DNA of 61,665 bases, the filler included, from Squatina squatina (lineage: Eukaryota): the NCBI GenBank assembly GCA_031763465.1. It is 4 parts of 3 records of this genome, joined end to end, with 100 filler letters (N's around TTAATTAATTAA, not from the genome) between each part and the next. Parts side by side here need not be neighbours in the genome. Positions count along the whole stretch, not along the records: positions 1 to 12,804 come from JARFOE010000162.1; 3 more parts are not named here. The stretch is one strand, 5' to 3'. Below the pieces are notes generated by a model, which did not search any database, was not told the DNA's origin, and worked only from the letters and a program-made list of their open reading frames with translations. Positions 1 through 12,904 of the stretch are shown here, in pieces. The position numbers and the translations under genes are program-made. Every line of letters starts with the position of its first letter. Within the stretch, counting starts at the first letter, position 1.

Positions 1-132
1 CCCGTTTAGCGCCGACGTTAACAGGTAGACAAACTTCGTGCCAAAATGCTTACCGCTATAAGTTGGCGTGAAGCACTTTGCACCCATTTAACGCCATTTT
101 AACGCCTAAATAAAACTACAAATTGGGTGCCC
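1..132. mobile_element. End of a CpG-rich non-autonomous DNA transposon (probably PIF/Harbinger)
   Basis: Terminus aattgggtgccc followed by TAA; the same terminus and tttagcgcc/gcgttaac motifs occur at 16537-16892. Confidence 0.55.
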
Positions 133-519
133 TAATATTAGATTGACAGACTGTTGCACTCATTGTTGCATCAAAACACTGTCACAATAGTTAGATATGG
201 GTTTATGCCCACAAGTTCTCACATTATGGATTTCTCACCTAAACCATGCCATTTGGAGGAGTCAGTAAATGAAGGTGAGGGAGAGAACTTCAATTGGAGG
301 CTAAGTCAACAAACTTGAACGATCCTTGCAGCTGATCACAGAGCGCTATTGGCAGAAGCTTGGGAGCCAGTCACCTGTTTTCTCACTTGGAAGTGATAAC
401 TACTGTGGATGGAACCATAGGAGCACAGGTTTCTAATAGTGGGTGCAGAAGAGGTAGTTCCGAGGCCCTTTAGCCCACTGGATTCCATGAAGGTAACTGA
501 TTCCTGTAAATCTTCTGTT

Positions 520-937
520 TGTGGGTTCAAGTCCCACTCTGGGGACTTGAGCAGATAAACCTAGGCTGACGCTCCAGTGCAGGACTAAGAGAGTGCTGCA
601 CTGTTGGAGGTACCGTCTTCCGGATGAGACATCAAACCTAGGACCCGCCTGCTCTCTCAGGAGGATGTAAAAAATCACATAGCAGTATTTAGAAGAAGTG
701 CAGGGGAGTTATCCCCGGTGTCCTGGCCAATATTTATCCCCCACTCAACATAACAAAAATAGATTATCTGGTGATTATCACATGGTTGTTTGTGGGAGCT
801 TGCTATGCGCAAATTGGCTGCTGCGTTTCCCACATTACAACAAGTGACTATACTCCAAAAGTACTTCATTGGCGGTGAAGTGCTTTGAGACGTCCAGTGG
901 TTGTGAAAGGCGCTATATTAATGCAAGTCTTTCTTTC
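520..937 (+). mobile_element. tRNA-derived Deu-domain SINE (SacSINE1-like)
   Basis: B-box GGTTCAAGTCC, central ggtgtcctggccaatatttatccc core, L2-like tail gaaaggcgctatattaatgcaagtctttctttc; many copies in the window. Confidence 0.8.
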
Positions 938-1255
938 ACCGTTGCAATGTAGGAAACACATTAGGCAATTTGTAAACACAATTTGTGTCCCAAAAACAGC
1001 AATGAGAGCATGACCAGACAAACTGTTTTGGCTGACGGATAAATACTGGCCATGGCACCAGAAGAACCCCCCTGCTCTTCTCAATTAGTGCCACGGGATG
1101 TTTTACGTCCACCTGGGAGGGCAGATAGGATGTCAGATTAACATCTCATCTGAACGATGATATCTCCGATGGTGCTGCACTGAAGTGTCAAACTACAGCT
1201 CAAGTCTCTGGAGTGCAACAAGAACCCACAACTTTCTGACTCAGAGGTGAGAGCT
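938..1255 (-). mobile_element. Older, degenerate Deu-domain SINE copy, tail-to-tail with 520-937
   Basis: Reverse complement follows the same consensus (ggataaatactggccatggcacc; ctcaagtctctggagtg...gaacccacaac on +). Confidence 0.7.
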
Positions 1256-4200
1256 AAAGAGCTGGTTATACTACACAGTTTCTGTTGAGTTGAAATGGCT
1301 TTTCCCTCACATCAATGCAAAAGATGTATGGTATGAAGTTGCCCAAATCACATTTAGGAAAGAGGTGCAATACCATCTCCAGGAGTTGGACTCTCATGAC
1401 TTTAGATTAACAGTAACTGCAGGACAACTGCAGTTTAGCATTTTGAGTACAGACCATTCATCAGATCATAAATGTTAATCTGTCTTCTGATTTACACATG
1501 CTGCCAAACTCTCTGTATATGTCCACCGTATTTTGCATTTAGTTAAGATCTCTAATATTTGCAGCTTTTCTTTTCGGTTGAGCAGCTCCCTGATAATATG
1601 GTCAACTCTCAGCGGATAATGAAAGAGTTAAATGAAATTTGACCAACAGAATTACTTTTTTCCTGGTCAGAGAGCAATGTGGAGCTGGCAGTATAACTGC
1701 GATCTGCTAGCCCATTATCACTCTCCTGTGGGTATTGACTTCAAACAAGTACCTAGAAAATAACAATGTCTACCATCACACTCAATTAGCAGAGCAAATA
1801 ATAGGTTAACAAGATTCATTGCATTTATATTTAAAATATCAAAGCCATATCATGCAAACCGATTAAACTACCCATAACTGTGTCCTTTGGCATGGAACAT
1901 TTTCTTGAAAATTTAATCAACCTCCTGATTAATAGAAAAGATGTAAAACTGATGAAAGCAGTTTGAAAGTAGTGGGGGCAGGGTATGACTGGATGGAACC
2001 CCTTGCTTTTCTGTGATTGTTATCATGCAGAATGAACTTTGCTGTTCAAATAAAATATGCAGCTATAATGAAAATCCAGTGCTTCCTTTCAGGCTATTAG
2101 CATCATCAATCCAGCTATAAGTTTCCTGTTGCTCAGTCTAAATTGTTTCCAACTATATTTTTATCCACCTGTTCTGTTAATTAAAACAAGACCAAAATTA
2201 GATCATTCACATTTAGCGTAGCTAATTATATTTACTCTTTCATATTTTAATATTGTGATAANNNNNNNNNNNNNNNNNNNNNNNNNNNNNNNNNNNNNNN
2301 NNNNNNNNNNNNNNNNNNNNNNNNNNNNNNNNNNNNNNNNNNNNNNNNNNNNNNNNNNNNNAAAAAGTGAAAATAGAGCACCTGCCATGACTAAGGAAAA
2401 CTATTATTGTTATGGGTGGTTTGGAATAATGAGGCTTCACTATAATTCTAAACAGCGGTTTCTTATTACAGCTTGAGCTGCTATCTTTGATGTTAATGGG
2501 CCTTTTTACAGGGCTCTGTTGCTGTATCTTAAAGGATGTAATAGAATTCATAGGATAACTTCAAAGCCCTTTAGGATTTTTGGCAAGGTGACTATAATTC
2601 ACATGCTGTCTTCTGAGGACTTAAGATCCATATATATGTCACAATGCAGTATAAATCATGCATTTTATTCTGGTCAACTGATGAAACTTACACTCATGGA
2701 CAAGCAGCAAACATGAAGTGGCAACCAGCCATCATTTGATGAATTACAGGCAGACACCTTTATCAGGGAGTAGGCCCTGTTATTTACTTGCAATATTTTA
2801 GGTCACATTAAACAATAATGTTAACTCAATTTTGTGGATAACGAATTAAAATAAGCTGAGTTTTTACAGATCAACTTTATTGTGCAATTACAGTGAGGAA
2901 TAGACATTCCTGGTTGAGGAGTGTATATATAGACAGTTCAAGGCTATATTGGTACATTGTCCATCAGGGAGCAACACTTTTCCAAATCCAGTGCCAGATT
3001 CTTATATAAGGTGCATTCTTCAACTGCTGTATTAAAAATGATTCCATTTGATCCATTTTACAATAGCATCCATAAATATGAGAGATCTCGGAGTATAAGT
3101 TACAATTCAAGGGGGAGCGACCAAAAATACTACATCTCATTCTATTTACACCTGACCTTGACAATTCAATATGCAACTGCCACCAATTCTAATTCTGAAA
3201 TGCCAAAGCCTGCACACACAACAGGTGAGAATGACAGTCTTGCAATGCCATTAACTACAAGTTCAAGGGGTCTAGGCCATGGGCAGTTTCAAGTCTCTGA
3301 CTTTATTTTTTAGAGCAGGTTGAACAAGGACATAGAAAATCGCTCATTGCAAAAGTGAAGAAAACTTTGCTCAGCTCTTCTGCTTACGAGGCTGTACTCC
3401 TGTGCAAGACAGATACATCCTGTAAAATCTAAGGATATATTTTTACAAATTCACACTCATGAGGCATGCCATGAGCACGTATCAGGAATTCGAGCGTGGA
3501 GGTCAGTGGGCCCAGCAGGATTTTCCATCCGTTTAGGGTGTAACTTTGTCAAGTCTACCCTATAATAGATAACCTCACTTATTCATTGCCTACTAAAACT
3601 TGTTGACGTGTAGTTTGAATCGGAGACTCATAGAAATTTACAGCACAGAAAGAGGCCATTTGGCCCATCGTGTCTGTGCTGGAAATGATTACAGATAACA
3701 CTTTAAGTGAGTAAAATCATTTCTCTTCTGTGTGCCATATACCTTGTGAAACTTACGAGAATAAATTAGTCCAATTAAGTGCAAAAAGCTGCGATATATT
3801 TTAAGCCCTTTACGACGACTATTGTTTTTCACTTGACGTGTGCCTTTCTAAATAACCAATGGTTAATTCAATACTTAAATTAGTGAAAAGTTATTTGACT
3901 GTTTTGTATTTGGCAGGCTAGAATTACTATTGACAATAATAGAACATGAACTGTTGAGACATTTGTATGACACTCCTTTCTTTGATAATTTAATGAAACC
4001 ATTGAACCGTTTTCTCTAAATGGTTAAAATACCAGTGAGGAATGCTACCACATGCATTAAATATTCAACTGCTGTTATCAGCAACAGTACATTCCTAGCT
4101 TAAAAAATACAAGGCAGTCAAATAGCTTAAATGTCACTCTGTGTCAGAGAACAGCTGAGAATGAGAAACACAAAAAAACTTGCCAAACAAATCTGGAACT

Positions 4201-4390
4201 TGTGACAGAAAACAAATAAAATCTGCAAGCTGTAAGTTATAAACCGATTTGTGTTCGAAGTTATGCTTCCAAAATAGAAGNNNNNNNNNNNNNNNNNNNN
4301 NNNNNNNNNNNNNNNNNNNNNNNNNNNNNNNNNNNNNNNNNNNNNNNNNNNNNNNNNNNNNNNNNNNNNNNNNNNNNNNNGCATGAGCAA

Positions 4391-4738
4391 GTACTGCTGA
4401 GGGAGTGCTGCACTGTCCGAGGTTCTATCTTTCAGATGAGATGTTAAACCGAGGCCTGGTCTTCTCTCTCAGGTTGGGGCAAAATGTCCCATGGCACTAT
4501 TTCGAAGACGAGCAGAGGAGTTATCCCCGGTATCCTGGCCAATATTTATCCCTCAATCAACATCACTGAAGCAGATTATCAGGTTAATACAATATTATCA
4601 CATTGCTGTTTGTGGGCGCTTGCTGTGTGCAATTGGCTGCCACATTTCCTACATTACAATAGTGACCACACTTCAAAAGTACTTAATTGGCTGTAAAGTG
4701 CTTTGATACATCCAGTGGTCATGAAAGGCGCTATATAC
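4391..4738 (+). mobile_element. Deu-domain SINE, 5'-truncated
   Basis: Colinear with ~580-920. Confidence 0.8.
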
Positions 4739-5780
4739 ATAGGATTACATAGGATATACGGCACAGAGACAGGCCATTCGGCCCAACCAGTCCATGCCGG
4801 CGTTTGTGCTCTGCTCGAGCTGCCTCCCATCTTTCCTCATCTAACTCTATCAGCATTGTTGAAGCAGCTGAAGATGGTTTTATCACTCTCAGATGATGCT
4901 TTTCTTTCAGAAGGTGAGTTGAAGTGAAGTTCTCGTAGGTAACATGATAACGTACTCGTTCTCAACTAGGAAACCAATGCTTATATCCCAGCTGTGACTG
5001 AAATTTTGCAGAGGAAGGTTGGGAGGATTCCAGGCTGGGAGTGGGCTTGGAACTTAGATTTGAAGAGGGCATTAAAAATATATATAAAAGTAAATCCCTT
5101 ACAAGGGGGCTGCAGGAAGCCACATCATTTTGTTTCTGGCCCAGCCGGCCACATATACGGCACTATATGGCCTCTTCTGTCAGGGGCAACCAAAGGCCCA
5201 GCTTTTCACAAGCCTGCCCTCTGACTCCACAATCTTCAGCAGAGTCAGCATTGGTAGCCAATCATGTGTTTTCAGGGCCTATGTCTTTCTCCATAAGTAT
5301 CAACAAGTCTTATTTTTTTTTTTAAATCCTGAGAATTGAATATAAAATTAGAATCCAGTTTTTGACACAGATTTAACACTGCCGAAGCTTTGAACCGGAG
5401 CTTTGAAGTCTCAATTGACTTCTGTTTAATCTTTCAGCTCAAAGGCCTCTCGCACTGTGTTCCACCTAAGTACCATTTACTTTCCTCACTTCTGTGGAAG
5501 GCTTGTATTCCCAAAAGAGTTACACTTTGATGAATTAGATTTCAAGAAATGGAACTGGATTATCAGTCCGAAATTTAAAATGCAAGGATTGTACATTTTG
5601 CTACTAATTATATGCTTGCTGCAAATGTGAAATTTGCATGTAAAGGACAATTGATTTCAGATAAATGAAGTGCGTCAAAGTGCCAGCCTGCAAGCAGACC
5701 AACCCATTCTCCATTCTTTTTTAAGTGTCACTGGAAATATTTAATGAAAAGGAATTGAAGCACAAACATTAAATTACTCA

Positions 5781-5886
5781 GTGCCAGTTCTGACGAAGGG
5801 TCATCGACCTGAAACGTTAACTCTGTTTCACTCTCCACAGATGTTGCCTGACCTGCTGAGTATTTCCAGCATTTTCTGTTTTTATT
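5781..5886 (+). mobile_element. 5'-truncated retroposon insert (probably Penelope-like-derived) with a minimal type I hammerhead ribozyme motif
   Basis: Perfect 15-bp direct repeat ACATTAAATTACTCA at 5766-5780 and 5887-5901; contains AGTT-CTGACGA-A-GGGTC-ATC-GACCT-GAAAC-GTT-AACT; the same 3' tail recurs at ~47703-47780. Confidence 0.7.
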
Positions 5887-6283
5887 ACATTAAATTACTC
5901 AATTTAGCAGGCTTTTAAGAAGCATATTTATAAATGATTTAAGGCAATGCAAAATAGATTATTTATAAAATTATGGCTGGTAGACCATGAATCCAAAGGA
6001 ACTACTACTAGATCCTTGCTGTCCTTCCAGGTCACTAACCATTATGGAGCTAACCCATGGATGATAATCAAATAAGCCAGAGGTCCTCAACTTTTGGTAG
6101 GGGCTATAATTTCATGTCATGACTGCTGTCGCCGACGTACTATAACATAACTCCATAACCTTATTTTTTATAATAGAATATGCATCTTTTATGCTGCAGA
6201 GGATCAACTAGTGTAAATCTGAAGAAGCTATAAGAACATCAATTTATGAATAGAATTTTTACTCTGCAGTAACATAAAACAAG

Positions 6284-6395
6284 TAAAGATTTGCATTTAT
6301 ATAGNNNNNNNNNNTCACAACCTTAGGATGCCCCAAAGTGCTTTACAGCCAATGAAGTACTTTTGAAGTGTAGTCACTGTTGCAATGTAGGAAAT
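6284..6395 (-). mobile_element. Deu-domain SINE 3' tail
   Basis: Reverse complement of the tail at ~830-935; contains a 10-N gap. Confidence 0.7.
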
Positions 6396-7361
6396 GTAGA
6401 AACTTTAGCATATGAAGAAGCCATGTGCTGTATATTGAGCATGTTGAACAATTTTCTTTGAACTAGATTGTCAACATTTGTTTCCACAAATTAGTTGTCT
6501 AACATTTGGTTGAAGATAAGATACTGCAAGTCTCATTCGTCCTTGACCATGCCCCTTCGTCACCTGCAATAAAGGCAGACTGCAGACTCGTGTCGAAAGA
6601 GCCGTACCTCAGTGCCAATGCCTGCACCAGTGACAGTTTCTATAACCTTCCATGTCACTCAGCATCCTTGTTAGATCTTAGTTCCAAATAGGAATATCTG
6701 AGGCTGGAACATTTAGCAGCTGGGCACTGAACCTTTCAGTCGCAACTGTCACCAGATCAGCATCAAGAAGTGAAAAAGTGACTGAGTGGATGTGGAAAAC
6801 TGATTACTATTGTAAGCCTATAGTTCAGATATTCTGTGGAGTTCGGTCTTTAGCCACTAGGAGATTACTGGAGGCAAAACGATATATGCATGCATCCTCC
6901 CCACAAAGTAACACCTGCAAAATCACATTATAAACATTCAAATATACTTTTTATTTGTTTTCTTTCAAAGTGTCTTTTGCTGCTCTTTCAACCCAAGGGT
7001 GTGAAATTCATTCTGGGAGGTAGAACAAAATAGGCAATAGTGAATCGGCAGCCATNNNNNNNNNNNNNNNNNNNNNNNNNNNNNNNNNNNNNNNNNNNNN
7101 NNNNNNNNNNNNNNNNNNNNNNNNNNNNNNNNNNNNNNNNNNNNNNNNNNNNNNNGTACACACTACAAAGGATCAAATAAGTGAACAATGTGACATTGCA
7201 TATGTTTTAAATGTGCATGGATCTAAGTGATGGTTTAACTTTCCTTCACAAGCAGTTTTCGAGGTAGTTTTCTCTCACACTTTGTAACACTGTTTTGTAC
7301 TTTTTCTTAATTGGATTTCCTCTTTTATTGTTCCTTGGCCAACGCTGTATTCCTTTCACAT

Positions 7362-7611
7362 TCATTTGTACTTTAGATAAATCTGGATAAGGTCATCAAT
7401 CAAAGAGAGGAAATTACAGGACAATGTTCCTCTCAGGAGTTCCTGTAGCCTTTTGACAACCACATGATCTTCGACCGCTCCTATGCTATTTAAGAGGCTC
7501 ACCCTGGAAATCCTTCTCCTCGTCGACAGCAGCAGGACCTGACTATAGCTTGCTATCATCGGACACTCATTGCTTTCTTCAACATTGGTTGTTGATTCAA
7601 CTTGCAGTTCT
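7362..7611 (-). CDS. Putative last coding exon of an unidentified gene
   Basis: catctttctccag acceptor, phase 2 (compatible with 12517-12600); ELQVESTTNVEESNECPMIASYSQVLLLSTRRRISRVSLLNSIGAVEDHVVVKRLQELLRGTLSCNFLSLIDDLIQIYLKYK*; minus-strand AATAAA at 7324-7329. Confidence 0.55.
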
Positions 7612-10600
7612 CTGGAGAAAGATGAGGATTACCACCAAACATCTATACTTGTGAGGAAGAAAAAAGTTTAAAATGATGAATGATCTGCAATATTGTCAAG
7701 TGCTTTTCATACCATGGGCCCTACTGTATTAATGTGAACATCAATCATATTCAAACATAGCTTTTGAAGATATATGTGGGCCAGGTGGTGCCACACTTTC
7801 CATGATTACAGTACCCATGTCAACAGTTATATCTGAAAGATCCAATGCCAACGTGTATGACTCAGCTGTTATTTATATGGTTTAACATTTGCAGAGGTAC
7901 TCGAATGTTTGGGGATGTAACCATGCTTATTTCTTTACTCATTCAATTCCGATGTTAGTTTGATTTGTGGCTGCATATTCTGCGTACACATTGGACAGAA
8001 GACTGGAAATTATGGTCCGCAAGTGTATAACACAGTTGTAACCAATTCCTCTCTGTGCTACTTTCACAGTGGCATTAACCCATCTAAAATAAATGGATTA
8101 ACACCTCCACTGAAACAGCAGCGAGAGGAAATTGATATAGCATTTTAAACATTTGATGATAACTTTTCTCACACTAATTTCCAGGCTATCGCGACTATTT
8201 AACTTGCCTGTCGCAAACTGTTGTTTTACTTAAAATTGGTACATTTGCTAATCTACCTAGAACAAAATAGTTAGTCTGAGCCTTTGGATGCTTCATTCCA
8301 CATTTATGTTCTTTCTCATATCCCATTTCATGCTGTGCTCCCTCACCTCAAAGTTATAAATATAACACCCTACCCACAATTACTAGTCAGGGTCAAGGTC
8401 ACCTCACCAAGAAGCCATGTTGTTAATGGCTTTATAGGAGCAAAAGATGCCCTCCTCCATTCCTTTCCTCATTTCTTTTATCTTTGAACTTTCTTTTGCC
8501 CCTTGTTTTTCTTCTTGCTTGTTATTCATCACTTTATTGTTTTTTTTAATTCTTTGCGGCAATAATTCTTACTTATTACTCCTTAGGCAACAAAAGCACT
8601 TTATACTATATCCAAAGCTCATTCACCAGAGCTCAAGAGCAGGGATAAGAGGTTTTACAGGAAAATGCTAGTGTCATTTATGATCACTTTTTCCATAGAA
8701 GATGTGAAAGTTGAAGATGTGTGGCTACCTATCCTAGTGCTCCTCCAAAGTGAATGACCATTGTCAGGAGACTGGGAGAGGGACCTAAACTGTGCTTTGA
8801 GGAGGACATAGCAGCTAGGATTTCCCTCCCCATGGGGGTATTCCGGTGAAGCAGGGCTTCCGCCTGCCAGCCTCTCCAACACTGCCGGAATCCTGACCCA
8901 GATTCCGGGGTTGGAGTCCATCACTCATGCATGGCGGAAAGACCCCTTTCACCAAGAGGGAGCCCGCAAGTACCCATCTGCAAAATCCTGGTGGTACTGC
9001 AGCAGGACCATTGCTGCAGCCTCAGAAGAGATGGCCACATGTTTAAAGGGGTAGGGAAATCCCTGGGGAAAATCAACATTATTTTTTGGCTGAGACCAAG
9101 GTCTAAAAGATAGGTGTCTAAGGCTATTACGGAGGGAGGGAGGTCACTACCAGGCTCTCTTCCGGAATCGATCAACTTTAGGGATTTACTGCTACTGCCC
9201 CAGAGCCTACTGCCAAATATCTCCTGGCAGTTCTTAGGGTTGGTGGGGAAAATGGCAGTAAGAAGGGCAATCGGCCAGGAACCTGGGCCTCACACTCCAT
9301 GGTGGTAAAAGGGATGGCTGGAGGCTGTGTGCTCTAGATGGGAACAGAGCAATAGGTCTCACTGCTTGATTTAGCCCCTGTTTCCACCTGATTCTGCGAG
9401 GGATAGCTGTGGAAAATCCAGTTCATTGTTCTGAGCAGTGTTTTGTCTGAAGAGCCAATGGGGCTCTGAGACCATCACCATGGTGACGGACTTTTCAAAA
9501 AGTGAACAGGGTGAAGTGCTTTTGCAGTGTCACTCCTTAGCTCAGACTGAAAGTTGCCCTGATGCTGAAGCAACGTATTGCTGAGCCTGGTTTCAGTACA
9601 ATGTACCTGCTCATGACGTAGGATGCACTGTGTATGATTCAAGTTTCTATAATTGTATACACAATGACGCTNNNNNNNNNNNNNNNNNNNNNNNNNNNNN
9701 NNNNNNNNNNNNNNNNNNNNNNNNNNNNNNNNNNNNNNNNNNNNNNNNNNNNNNNNNNNNNNNNNNNNNNNCCCGCCGTGGCTCATTTAAAAAGTTCTAA
9801 TTGTCTTTTTATTAAACTTCATTGCTTTTTTAAAAAAAAACGGCAATGGGATTTTATGACAAACATTTTCCATTCTCCCCAAATAGAACGGCTCAAGTCT
9901 ACATCTTAAGAGAATTTCCTTCTTCTTGTTTCTCATGTAAACTTTGCGGTAATTCCACCCTTTGTTTCATGCACCATTGTGTGCCAGTGTATAAAGAATT
10001 GTAAATTGTGTCAATAAATTCTTACATAGGATCTTGTGCCACTGTGTATGTAAATCGCCTTCATTTGTCTGCCAGAATTTGTCTACAATAATCAGCCTCG
10101 TCCGATTATTGATTTAACAAACGTCCTGCGTTCAGCAGGAAAAAAAAATGGGCAAACTTACAAAGTAATGACCTGGAACTAGATTGACTTTGCCATAATG
10201 ATGAAATGGAGCAGTGAGAGAAAAGGACACAAAATGCTGTATCTAAGATTTAACTGTATATTAAAAAGTTATTAAATAATCTAAATTGCTTCATAAATAA
10301 TTTTCACAGCAACATTGCTATGGTTGTTTCTTCTTTCAATTTAAAGTTAAAATTATTTAAAGCTTGAACACGCTAACAAGAAAAAGTAAATGTAAACAGT
10401 GTTCTAAATTACCAGTAGTCATGCTAGTAATTGAGATGTCAGAGGCTCCTTGAATAGCAAAGCTCTGTCAGCATTGTTCTATGCAGTACATATTACAATG
10501 GGTCCATTTATATTCTGTCACCTCCAGCACAGAAGACAAACACAATTTGTGGAAGAGTGTAAATGCAGAACATTTTTTAGATTTAAAATCTCATTTTGTT

Positions 10601-11689
10601 ATTATTCTACCTGACTCATTTGCCAAAGTAATTTTCAAAGCAAATCCAAATAAAATCCATTGCGCATATGTGAGAAACTAGTAAGCCTAATGATACAATA
10701 CACCAAACACAACAAAATTAATTTCAATAAAGGGCCTTATTTTCTCCAGCAACTTATTCTGTATCCGTGTTGTATTTGTTTAGCTGGAAAAGCTGGCCGG
10801 GAGGCGTAATACTATTTCAAGGTGTACTGTCGATACTGACTCCTTGTTTGAAGGAGGGAGCTATTTAGGGTGATGAGGAAAGCTTCCCCCATGCTCTCNN
10901 NNNNNNNNNNNNNNNNNNNNNNNNNNNNNNNNNNNNNNNNNNNNNNNNNNNNNNNNNNNNNNNNNNNNNNNNNNNNNNNNNNNNNNNNNNNNNNNNNNAG
11001 TGCTACCAACTGAGCCACAGCTTAGAGCACAATGCTTTAGAAACCTATGATGGAGGGATGGATTATCAGGTGTGATCTGGCAGCAATTAAGGGATGAGAC
11101 CACTTAAAATATAAATGGCCACAGCGGAGGAGGAAAAGAAATCTACCAGAATTTACAGACTCCTAACTCCGTCTCAACGCAATAGAGACAAGAAAAAGCA
11201 GAGTTGAGCAATTTGGAAGTGCAGGTACAACTTTAACAAGCCTCAGCAGAACTTCTATCGATCTGCACAGTAAATCCTGTCTCCTCAGCCTCTCCTAGAC
11301 ATTTAAGCAAATAGTTCTGGGCTCACACTACCAATATGTAAAAGATGGGTCAGTGGCAAATCCAGGGAGGTTCAGCAATGTGAAATACCCTAGTAAAATG
11401 GATTTGTGCTGCCAATGTGCAATGAACATTATTTCAGCACCCCCTTGCTCCCATTCCAAATGGGCACCGAAAGTAAAAAGAGCAAAGCCAGTAAAATACC
11501 GTGTTATGTTCTCCTTAAATATTTTTACATGACATCTGAGGCCTTAATGGGCTCATGACTGGTGTGGAAGCTCTCAGCATCACTGGCACTTTCCTATTGG
11601 ATCATACCAGGCTGAGTTTTATGGGAGCAGGCTTTTGCCCCAGCCAATATGTTCGATCCAGCACCTGTAGCGCAGTAGGTATACTGGAA

Positions 11690-11990
11690 CAAGGGGAGTG
11701 TACTATCAGCGCCTGGAATGTGAACAGTCTATTTGAACGTGAAGAGGCATCCCATCCAATCTCATGCTGTCCTCACCTGATGCTCGCACATGTGCTTTTT
11801 TCTAGCAGGCGTTATTGGATGGCAATCAGAAGCACGAGCCTCAGCAGACTTTCTCTCTCCCTGTCCTAGGGAATGTGTGACCAACTGTAGCACAAATGCT
11901 GCCACCCCAACACAGATCAGCCAACACAAAGCAGATTTGGGATCAAATCTAGGACCTACCTGGCCTGCGCGACAGAGCGCCACTAATTGA
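11690..11990 (-). mobile_element. Old unclassified SINE-like repeat (related copies ~26800-26990 and ~32260-32407)
   Basis: Colinear motifs shared among three loci; degenerate B-box-like gatttgatccc near the 5' end on minus. Confidence 0.45.
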
Positions 11991-12516
11991 TGATATATCT
12001 GTACTCTTAGATTTTCAATGTCAGTGTTGAAGTTGTAACTCTGCAGGTCAGAAAATATAGATTATGCCGAAGTGCCATTGTACATCCATTAAGAAAATGC
12101 AATTACAAAATAAGAAAGGATCAAAGCATGTTTGAGATAAAACTCCATGCAAAATATATCAAAATCCTGTATCTCAATGCTAAGCTAAGCTATGACTTCA
12201 TTGAAATTTATTACATACTCAACCTATTCAGTTTCTTTTGTTGTTCAAATCTATGTTAGTATAAAATCAATCTGACATTAACATTCAGAGCTGCATTGAG
12301 CAGCAAAGTACCAGCATCAGTCAAACCTCAGTTACATGCATGAATGGATGGAAAGGATGAAGCTGAATCAGACCCTGATGCAAAATACATAAGAAGGCGC
12401 GCATCACTGCCATTGTCACCAACAAAGGAAAATAAGTCAATTTAATAGCAATCAGCTTCCCAACAGCACAGTTCAGTAACATGTCATTTTCTGTGTACCT
12501 TTATCACAGTACTTAC

Positions 12517-12600
12517 TCTCTTCTATTTTTCATTGGAGTAGAGATCATGACCATTTTGCTGCAGTTCAATATTTTACCTCGTATTATCCTAGTTTTGTTC
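12517..12600 (-). CDS. Putative 84-nt internal exon of an unidentified gene
   Basis: ttttgttttcttccgaatag acceptor and perfect gtaagt donor; only one frame is open (phase 2-2): NKTRIIRGKILNCSKMVMISTPMKNRR(E). Confidence 0.5.
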
Positions 12601-12804
12601 CTATTCGGAAGAAAACAAAAAGAGCAAAGTTAACATCACAGTAGCTGTATTTTAAAGGCATCTGCTCATAACAGTGATGAAGTTAACAGGGAACTACTGA
12701 TGCATTGCTGTGGATGATTTTAAGAAATCGCAAAACACACAATTAAAAATGTTATACTCCCTCCCGCTTTAATAATAAAATAGATTTATTTTTGCGTTGT
12801 GTCA

Positions 12805-12904
12805 NNNNNNNNNNNNNNNNNNNNNNNNNNNNNNNNNNNNNNNNNNNNTTAATTAATTAANNNNNNNNNNNNNNNNNNNNNNNNNNNNNNNNNNNNNNNN
12901 NNNN
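12805..12904. other. Artificial scaffold spacer N44-TTAATTAATTAA-N44
   Basis: Six-frame stop palindrome centred in exactly 100 positions. Confidence 0.95.

Noticed and set aside
2203-2551. ORF-track entries spanning N runs (many throughout the window)
   Set aside because: Their length is inflated by X residues, and they join non-contiguous contigs
12849-12860. TTAATTAATTAA palindrome occurring three times (also 28232-28243, 45631-45642)
   Set aside because: Always centred in N44..N44; a synthetic contig-joining linker, not biology
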